From the NCBI GenBank assembly GCA_046757025.1, contig JBHHXN010000129.1, positions 1 to 14,940 on the forward strand: DNA of 14,940 nucleotides, in the 5' to 3' direction. This stretch comes from a bacterium (lineage in GTDB: Bacteria; Zhuqueibacterota; Zhuqueibacteria; Oceanimicrobiales; Oceanimicrobiaceae). The position numbers and the translations under genes are program-made. Below the pieces are notes generated by a model. The model did no database searches. It was not told the origin of the DNA and saw only the letters and a program-made list of their open reading frames with translations. Shown here in pieces: positions 6,519 through 12,964 of this stretch; position 1 is the stretch's first letter, and each line of letters opens with the position of its first letter.

Positions 6519-9419
6519 CTATTTCAGTAAAAGTAATTTGCGCGATTGCACAAACTCACCGGCTTGAAACAGCAAAATATACATACCGCTTGCAACCGCC
6601 GTTCCGGCGTCATTATTCCCTGACCACTGGATGGTATGTGCACCAGCTATTTTTTTCTCATCAACCAGCGTGCGAATTTTTTGTCCTCGTAAATTGTAAA
6701 TAACTAATTGCACATGGCGGTCTCGGGCAATTTCATAGCGGATGGTAGTGGCAGGATTGAAGGGATTAGGGTAGTTTTGATTCAGATAAAATCGTACAGG
6801 ATGGACTGGTGTCGGCTCTTCAACGGCGGTGGGAAACAGTTTATTCCACAGCGCTCGGGCGGTGTCGGCATTAGCCTGTAAATCGCTCAAATTTTCTCCC
6901 GCCAGCAGCGCAAAACCGATTTCCACGCTTTGGTCGGCAGGCAGTGAATAGGGGCCGGCGCCGATCACAAAGGCGATATCGGCCGGGCCCATGCGCGTGA
7001 CCTGAACCCCGCCGCTGATGGTTTGCCATTTTTCGTTATCGGTAAAACCGTCATCGGTGCCGAAAAAACTGGCTCCGTTGTCGATGGCTCGATACGATAC
7101 GCCACCGTCGCTCAAAACCGACATGCCAACGTAGGTGCCGGGCGCGTTGCCGCTGGTACCAAATGCGTAGCCCAATTTGCGCGCGTGGTCATAATCGGCA
7201 ACATTGGTGGCATAATTTTTTTCATCGATATCCCAGTCGAAAAAGATGCCAAAATGGAAATTGTTCAAAACGTTTAAGCCCGAATTCTCAATGGTAAAAC
7301 GGAAGAAGATGAAATCGTCGTTGGGCGGGGCAGTCATGGCGAAGGTTTCCTGTTTGATGCGAATATTCATGGGTAGCGTCGCTTTGGAGTCGTTAAAGAT
7401 GCCGATGCTTTCGTGATCCGTTCGGGTACCGGGAATGATTAGCTGCAAGTCGCCGCCGTCCACGATGGCAAAATCGTCGTCACTATTTGTTCGACTGCGG
7501 GCCGCGTTGGAGATCTGGCTCTGGCTGGCGCCGGCGATGATAGCGCCCTCGTACAGCAAATTGCCGCCGTTTTTAAACGTGAAACCCATGCCGCTGTCTG
7601 TGCTGTTGTCGGGATCGGCAAACCCGATGCGCCCGACGTTAGTGATGGTTACGCCGATGTTGTTGACCTCGATGTTTTTAAATATGGGCAAAATGGTTAA
7701 GGTGAAATGATCCAAATCCTGATACTTTCCAGCGGTCAGCTCGAGATTGAAAACGACCTGGCGCCCACCTGGCGCCCCACTGGCAACCGTGAAAATAAAA
7801 GGCGTGGAAAGCGTGATTTCGTTGTTTGAATTGATGGCTGAAATGATCTGAGTCGGGTTGGTTACGTTGACAAAATTATCGTTTTCGGTTAAAGTTAAAT
7901 TCAAGTTAGAAACACTGGTTAAATAATTTTTCAATTTGAGTGTGACCTCGACGGTTTCGCCGGGCTCAATGACGCCATCGTCGTCGCTGTCGCTGAACTG
8001 CAAGTCCGTTATGCGTACGGAAGGCGAATTTTGGGTGACGGCTTGCAAGGCGTTCACCCGCCCTTTCCCGAGCAAACCGGCGAAATTGGGATTGAGCTGG
8101 TCGATGTTGTCTGCGGTAACCCGTACCTGTTCCGCTACTTGATTTCCCGACCAATTCGGGTGCTGAGTTTTAACCAGTGCCGCCACTCCCGACACAATGG
8201 GTGTGGAAAAAGACGTGCCGCTGAACGAGCCGTAACGGCCGTTGTGCAGGGTGCTGAAAATAAATCTACCGGGCGCGGAGATATCCACGTCGGTGCCGTA
8301 ATTTGAGTTGAAATCTTTTAAGTCGCTGTTGTTGGTCATGGCCACGGAAAGGACGTTTTTGTATGAGGCTGGCAGTGCAGATGCCAATCGCCCGTCGTTA
8401 CCAGCCGCGGCGATGATGGCGGCGCCGCTGGCTGCAGTTAGATTGATGATATCCTGTTCAAAGGCGGAAGGACTTCCCAGGCGCGACCAGCTCAGGTTGA
8501 TGACGTCCGCGCCGTTGTCCGCAGCATAGAGGATGCCTTCGTATCCGAAATCTACAACGAGGTCCTGCACGGCATTGGAAGCGTTGATGGGCATGATTTT
8601 CGCATTCCAGCTTGTGCCTGCTACCCCGGTGACGTTATTGCTCACCGCACCCACCAGTCCGGCGGAGTGACTGCCGTGGTTGGCGCTTTGCGGTGTGGCG
8701 TCCAGACCCGAGGGGTCGTTGCTGTTGTTGGCAAAGTTCCAGCCCTGTACGTCATCCACAAAACCGTTGTCGTCATCATCTATGCCATTGCCGGCGATTT
8801 CCTTTGCGTTGCGCCAGATATTGGCCGCTAAATCGGAATGATCGATGTCGGTGCCGCCATCGACGATGGCAACGACGACGCTGCCCTGTTCGCCCTTTAC
8901 AACATTCCAGGCCTGCTCTGCCTGAATCACCGCATAAAAAGTCTGCTGGCTAAAAAGCGTGTCGTTGGGTGTGGCGGTCAAACGGTGCCGGTAAAGCGGC
9001 TCGGCATATTCCACTGCAGGGTGCTGGCGCAGGGCTTGCGCCACCGCCTGCGGGGGTTGGCTGCCGGTAAAATACGCATAATAAAGACTGGCAAGGGAGC
9101 GGGAAGATTTGATTTTCGCAAGAACATGGCGCGGGCGGTAAACTTGCTGCAACTGAGTAATTTTTTGAATTCGCAACAGTTGATCAAATGTGGCCAAACC
9201 GGTTGCAAACGCGGTTTTGCCAAACGTGCGGCCCTCTTTGAATTTGATAACAATTTTATTGGGAATGGTTTGCGCGTCATGGTTTGATAGCTTTTGGTGA
9301 CTGCTTTTTTTTGTTTTGAAAGCGAACAGCTCATCTAATTGCCATCCCGCCACAAATAAAAAGCCCAATGAAATAAATATTACAAACGGTGTTTTAAACC
9401 TTACCTTCATGACCGTCAT
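6519..9419 (-). CDS. Secreted S8 (subtilisin-family) serine peptidase with T9SS/FlgD-type C-terminal domain, 966 aa
   Basis: Intact triad: VAIVDGG (Asp), NHGSHSAG (His), GTSFSTP (Ser), with oxyanion AAAGND. Also a prodomain ending VEYAEP, the NGIDDDDNGFVDD loop, and QNYPNPFNP...RKLLLLK. An alternative start exists at ATG 9410. Confidence 0.95.
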   Translation of the reverse strand: MTVMKVRFKTPFVIFISLGFLFVAGWQLDELFAFKTKKSSHQKLSNHDAQTIPNKIVIKFKEGRTFGKTAFATGLATFDQLLRIQKITQLQQVYRPRHVLAKIKSSRSLASLYYAYFTGSQPPQAVAQALRQHPAVEYAEPLYRHRLTATPNDTLFSQQTFYAVIQAEQAWNVVKGEQGSVVVAIVDGGTDIDHSDLAANIWRNAKEIAGNGIDDDDNGFVDDVQGWNFANNSNDPSGLDATPQSANHGSHSAGLVGAVSNNVTGVAGTSWNAKIMPINASNAVQDLVVDFGYEGILYAADNGADVINLSWSRLGSPSAFEQDIINLTAASGAAIIAAAGNDGRLASALPASYKNVLSVAMTNNSDLKDFNSNYGTDVDISAPGRFIFSTLHNGRYGSFSGTSFSTPIVSGVAALVKTQHPNWSGNQVAEQVRVTADNIDQLNPNFAGLLGKGRVNALQAVTQNSPSVRITDLQFSDSDDDGVIEPGETVEVTLKLKNYLTSVSNLNLTLTENDNFVNVTNPTQIISAINSNNEITLSTPFIFTVASGAPGGRQVVFNLELTAGKYQDLDHFTLTILPIFKNIEVNNIGVTITNVGRIGFADPDNSTDSGMGFTFKNGGNLLYEGAIIAGASQSQISNAARSRTNSDDDFAIVDGGDLQLIIPGTRTDHESIGIFNDSKATLPMNIRIKQETFAMTAPPNDDFIFFRFTIENSGLNVLNNFHFGIFFDWDIDEKNYATNVADYDHARKLGYAFGTSGNAPGTYVGMSVLSDGGVSYRAIDNGASFFGTDDGFTDNEKWQTISGGVQVTRMGPADIAFVIGAGPYSLPADQSVEIGFALLAGENLSDLQANADTARALWNKLFPTAVEEPTPVHPVRFYLNQNYPNPFNPATTIRYEIARDRHVQLVIYNLRGQKIRTLVDEKKIAGAHTIQWSGNNDAGTAVASGMYILLFQAGEFVQSRKLLLLK

Positions 9420-9544
9420 TTCGCAATCTAGCTATTTTCAGAATGAACTCGATTAATTCCTAAATTAGAAACGTAAGCAACTTCGATGGCAGGACGATTG
9501 CGGAATAACCTCCTGAGCCAGCGCTGACGTGTTTGGATATTGCC

Positions 9545-9573
9545 AAATTAAAAATTTAGACGGGAAAAGTCAA
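9545..9573 (-). promoter_or_regulatory. Putative sigma70 promoter for the S8 gene
   Basis: Minus strand TTGACT (9573-9568), a 17-nt spacer, then TAATTT (9550-9545), about 125 nt upstream of the start. Confidence 0.45.
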
Positions 9574-9607
9574 GTCCTTACTTTTATGGCAGTGAAATCG
9601 CATGATC

Positions 9608-9646
9608 TTCTTCCCGCTCCCACCTGGAGACTGGGAGCGAGAAGAA
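9608..9646. repeat. Palindromic REP-like hairpin
   Basis: TTCTTCCCGCTCCCA (9608-9622) and TGGGAGCGAGAAGAA (9632-9646) match 14/15, with a 9-nt loop. Confidence 0.6.
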
Positions 9647-9761
9647 AGACCGGGTTGAACTTCTTGTCATTTACTCAAGTTTCGCAATTGTGTAATCAAT
9701 TGTTTCTAAGTTATTTTTCTTAACATGAATTCACATAATTCGTAACTATTCAGCACAGAGC

Positions 9762-9789
9762 TGTCATTCCTGCGAATGCAGGAATCTCC
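9762..9789 (+). repeat. TGTCA-type REP-like hairpin, left copy
   Basis: TGTC-ATTCCTGC-GAAT-GCAGGAAT-CTCC; matches the reverse complement of 10164-10191 at 25/28. Confidence 0.85.
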
Positions 9790-9801
9790 TCTGGCTTCCA
9801 T

Positions 9802-10089
9802 TTAAACTAGTTCAGCGTACGAGTCTTTCCATTCTGGATTTATTTCTCCAATGACATTCGCTTTGTATTCCCGCTGCCATTTTTTCATGCTTTTTTCCTG
9901 AGTGATAGCGGCAGTAAAATCTTATGTTTGTTGAAACCACACCAGCTGGTGGCAAGGGTATTTTTTTGTAAAGCCATGGCTCAATTCCCTTTTGTGCTCA
10001 TAAACACGTCGAATAAGATTGTTCGTTACACCGAAGTAAAGCACATTGTTATGTTTGTTTGCCATCATGTACACGTTGTATGTTTCCAC
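9802..10089 (-). pseudogene. Small stand-alone GIY-YIG nuclease (about 95 aa) with one in-frame TAA at 9922-9924
   Basis: GTG 10089 follows a GAGGA Shine-Dalgarno-like sequence. Translation: METYNVYMMANKHNNVLYFGVTNNLIRRVYEHKRELSHGFTKKYPCHQLVWFQQT*DFTAAITQEKSMKKWQREYKANVIGEINPEWKDSYAELV*. The VY...LYxG, RRxxEH, FTxKY, AIxxEK.xKxW and NPEW motifs continue in frame past the stop. Confidence 0.88.
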
Positions 10090-10163
10090 AATTCCTCTAC
10101 CTGAACCTGTTTTTACTTGATTGAACGCTATGAATTCTTTTCTCACTTATTTACATTGAATCG

Positions 10164-10191
10164 GGAGACTCCTGCATGCGCAGGAGTGACA
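10164..10191 (-). repeat. TGTCA-type REP-like hairpin, right copy (inverted)
   Basis: Reverse complement reads TGTC-ACTCCTGC-GCAT-GCAGGAGT-CTCC. Confidence 0.85.
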
Positions 10192-10354
10192 CCTGAATAG
10201 TTACCATAATTCTTTATAACAACTATCGTTACAAATATTCCAAAATTTTACAATGTAACCATTTATTTAAGAAGTCATTCTAAATCGATCTTTTGATTCA
10301 ATATTAAAAGGCCATTTGCTACAGAACAATTAACTCTAAAATAAAAACTTTGCT

Positions 10355-10447
10355 TTTAACGCAGAGGCCTCTGAGAGCGCAGAGAGTTTCGCAGAACGAT
10401 ATTTTTTTCTCTGCGCAGCTCTGCGCCATTGGCGCCTCTGCGTTAAA
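10355..10447. repeat. Long palindromic repeat built from CGCAGA(G) / CTCTGCG units
   Basis: Perfect outer 14-bp inverted repeat TTTAACGCAGAGGC (10355-10368) / GCCTCTGCGTTAAA (10434-10447). Three CGCAGA units face three CTCTGCG units. Confidence 0.8.
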
Positions 10448-10503
10448 TAAAATGGTTAGAATGTTTATATAACGACTCAATCACCCTGATTTTGGAATAT
10501 TAA

Positions 10504-10648
10504 TGCTCCTGTTGATTAAGTCCATTTTCCCATCAATCTTCATGCTGAGCGGAGTCGAAGCATGATGAAAAAACAACAGGTTACGGCCATTCCCAAATTT
10601 ACTTCGGGATTCAGCCAGAATGTTTCTTCGACTTTATCAACAGAGTCA
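10504..10648. mobile_element. About 145-bp MITE-like element flanked by TTAA (or ATTAAT), containing a REP-like hairpin
   Basis: Imperfect inverted ends TGCTCCTGTTGATTAAGTC and GACTTTATCAACAGAGTCA. TTAA at 10500-10503 and 10649-10652. Internal palindrome TCATGCTGAGCGGAGTCGAAGCATGA (10540-10565). The right part is repeated at 2411-2471. Confidence 0.65.
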
Positions 10649-10742
10649 TTAATGTAACATCTTTAATATTAATTTCTGAAATACGAATTCATCAGCTTGA
10701 CCTTATTTGTTTTTGTTTCTATTATCTAAGTACGAGATTGAG

Positions 10743-12761
10743 TCATTTGGCCGTAACCGCTTCTCCGGTTAAATATTTTTCGAACCAGCCGCGCAAATAC
10801 AGAATCTGCTGGATCTTGCTGGTGGGGTGCCGGCGGCCGATACCGTGAAACTCATCTGCGATGCGCACCATGGCGGTTTCAATCTTGCGCAATTTCAACG
10901 CGCGATAATACTGTTCCGTCTGCTCCATGGGGGTGCGCAAATCTTTTTCGCCGGTCAGCAGTAAAGTCGGGGTTTTGACATTTCCCACATACATCAGTGA
11001 AGAGCGGCGCAGGTGTTCCGCCGGATCTTCCCACGGCAGTTTTTTGAAATTGTAGTACCAGCTGCTGCCGTCGGTGGTGCCCACAAAACTGAACCAGTTG
11101 GTGACGGGTTTCATCACCACGGCGGCCGCAAAGCGTTCGGTATGGCCTACGATCCAGGAGGTGAGCACGCCGCCGCCGCTGCCGCCGCAAACAAAAAGCT
11201 GGCTTTCATCGATATAGCCGCGCTTCAGTATTTCATCCACGCCTTTCATCAGGTCGATGTAATCCGGGCCGGGATAATTATTTTTAATGGCGTTGCCAAA
11301 CGCCTGGCCATAACCGCTGCTGCCGCGGGGATTGGTGTACAACACCACAAATCCGTTGGCGGCATGATTCTGAAACTCAAAGTTGAAGCGCACACTGTAC
11401 ATGGCGTGCGGGCCGCCGTGAATGTACAGAATCAGCGGATATTTTTTCTGTGCATCGAAATCCGGCGGTTTCACGATCCAGCCCTGAATGCGTACCCCCT
11501 CCGCCGAATCATACCAGATTTCTTCCACCTCGCCCAATTTTCGATCTTCCAACAAATCGTCGTTTACCGCCGTGAGTTGTTTCGGTGTGGGATGCTTGCG
11601 CGAGAAAGTGACCAGATCGCCGGGCTGATGATAGCCGGCAAGCACCGCGGCTATCTGGCCTTTTTTGCCGATAAAAGGTGAAGATATGTAGTGGCTGCCC
11701 CTGGTAACCTGGATGATTTTACCACTTTTCAGCGAAACAAAGTGCAGGTTTCTGGCGCCGCGATCCTGGTAAGTAAAAAACAAACCTGAACCGTCAGCTG
11801 CCCACTGCACCGACGATGGCCGCCGATCCAGCTCAGCGGTTAACGAACGCTTATGGCTGCCGTCGAGATTCATAACATACAATTGGCTGACGATGTAAGT
11901 GTCGTCGGTGCGGTCATAACCAGTATAGGCGATCATTTTGCCGCCTGGAGAAACCACGGGATTGTAATCCGGGCCTTCGCGGTCGGTCAGAGCCGTAATG
12001 GCGCCCTCTTCCAGCGTCACCAGGTAGATTTCGGATTCCCGCCACTGCCAGTCCCATTCCGGCTCTCGCAATCCGCTGAAAACAAGGCCTTTGCCATCGG
12101 CAGTCCATTTTGGCGCGCCGTCGTTGAAATCGCCAAAGGTCACCTGACGCGGTGTGCCACCAGAAGAAGGAATCACATAAATGTGTCGAAAGCCATCGGC
12201 GTTGTAACCGCGGCCATCTCGGCGGTAGTTCAAGCGGTCGATCACCCGCGCAGGTTGGCTCCATTTGGCGCCTCGCGGCTTTTTGGGCATTTTCACCCGC
12301 CAGGATTTTTCCGCGGGACCGATCATGTTAAACGCAATCTTTTTACCATCTGGCGACCACTGGATATTACTGGGAGAATTTTCCAATCTGGTTAACTGGC
12401 TGCTCTCGCTGCTGTCCATCCAGCGCACATAAATTTGGGAGCCGGTCGGTTCGCCTTTGGCCGTATAAAGCAAACGCTGACCATCCGGCGACCATTTTGG
12501 TGAGGCGCCTTTTAACAGGAAACGGTCTTTGCTGCCATCGATATTCATGATCCAGATCTCGCTCGAATATTTATCGTTCACTTTGTCGGTCCAGCGTTTA
12601 GTGTAAACGATTTGTTTGCCATCGGGTGAAAGCTGGGGGTTTGAAACCGATTCCCATTCCAGGAACAGGTCCACGGTGAGTTTGTCATTAGGCTGCGCTT
12701 GCAACGCAATAGTGAAAAGCAGCCAAAAACTCCAAATTAATACAAGCGTTCTGCGTTTCAT
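10743..12761 (-). CDS. Secreted S9 family peptidase (dipeptidyl/acylaminoacyl peptidase type) with PD40/TolB-like beta-propeller, about 672 aa
   Basis: SPDG repeats, YIHGGPH, NPRGSSGYG, nucleophile motif GGSGGG, DLRTP (Asp) and EFHGI (His). Start placed at ATG 12761 (MKRRTLVLIWSFWLLFTIALQA signal peptide, AAGGA upstream) rather than 12821. Confidence 0.93.
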   Translation of the reverse strand: MKRRTLVLIWSFWLLFTIALQAQPNDKLTVDLFLEWESVSNPQLSPDGKQIVYTKRWTDKVNDKYSSEIWIMNIDGSKDRFLLKGASPKWSPDGQRLLYTAKGEPTGSQIYVRWMDSSESSQLTRLENSPSNIQWSPDGKKIAFNMIGPAEKSWRVKMPKKPRGAKWSQPARVIDRLNYRRDGRGYNADGFRHIYVIPSSGGTPRQVTFGDFNDGAPKWTADGKGLVFSGLREPEWDWQWRESEIYLVTLEEGAITALTDREGPDYNPVVSPGGKMIAYTGYDRTDDTYIVSQLYVMNLDGSHKRSLTAELDRRPSSVQWAADGSGLFFTYQDRGARNLHFVSLKSGKIIQVTRGSHYISSPFIGKKGQIAAVLAGYHQPGDLVTFSRKHPTPKQLTAVNDDLLEDRKLGEVEEIWYDSAEGVRIQGWIVKPPDFDAQKKYPLILYIHGGPHAMYSVRFNFEFQNHAANGFVVLYTNPRGSSGYGQAFGNAIKNNYPGPDYIDLMKGVDEILKRGYIDESQLFVCGGSGGGVLTSWIVGHTERFAAAVVMKPVTNWFSFVGTTDGSSWYYNFKKLPWEDPAEHLRRSSLMYVGNVKTPTLLLTGEKDLRTPMEQTEQYYRALKLRKIETAMVRIADEFHGIGRRHPTSKIQQILYLRGWFEKYLTGEAVTAK

Positions 12762-12867
12762 GGTTTCATCCTTTCGATTGGTAAAAGTTTTTAATATTGA
12801 TTTCTTAAAAGATTCCCTCATACGGTCCGGACTGAATGATTGCAGTATAAGTTACAATGAAATACAC

Positions 12868-12897
12868 GAAACGGCTTAAATAAAATGAGCCCGTTTC
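12868..12897 (-). terminator. Possible terminator hairpin downstream of the M14-like gene
   Basis: GAAACGG...CCGTTTC stem with a bulged extension. The U-tract is weak. Confidence 0.3.
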
Positions 12898-12907
12898 TTG
12901 TTGTCAC

Positions 12908-12956
12908 TGAATACCTCTAAATTTTAACTCAGTACTTCTAACTTGAAATTTCTAAC
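12908..12956. repeat. Degenerate heptamer tandem array (consensus about TTCTAAC)
   Basis: TGAATAC CTCTAAA TTTTAAC TCAGTAC TTCTAAC TTGAAAT TTCTAAC. Confidence 0.4.
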
Positions 12957-12964
12957 TTCCACCC

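Larger units (their letters stand above)
9742..10204. mobile_element. 463-bp non-autonomous insertion cassette with IS66-like ends carrying a GIY-YIG gene
   Basis: Perfect 12-bp TIR GTAACTATTCAG (9742-9753) / CTGAATAGTTAC (10193-10204), immediately flanked by the 8-bp direct repeat CATAATTC (9734-9741 and 10205-10212). No transposase is present. GTAA ends with about 8-bp duplications are characteristic of the IS66 family, so the family assignment is an inference. Confidence 0.85.

Noticed and set aside
9420..9540. Riboswitch or leader peptide in the S8 5' region (contains AGGAGG on the minus strand)
   Set aside because: No recognisable riboswitch consensus and no suitably spaced start codon. 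An Rfam scan would be needed to exclude it fully.
9922..10146. 74-aa ORF as a complete gene, or programmed read-through/recoding of its stop
   Set aside because: Family similarity starts at GTG 10089 and continues past the stop. TAA is not a Sec or Pyl codon, and the same frame ends with TAA at 9802-9804, so a pseudogene is the simpler reading.
9742..10204. Integron cassette/attC or CRISPR interpretation of the repeats
   Set aside because: The repeats are inverted, not regularly spaced direct repeats with spacers. There are no RYYYAAC/GTTRRRY core sites in attC arrangement, and no integrase or cas gene. TIR plus TSD fits transposition better.
12762..12821. Upstream ATG for the S9 peptidase
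   Set aside because: The signal peptide and Shine-Dalgarno sequence fit ATG 12761 better.
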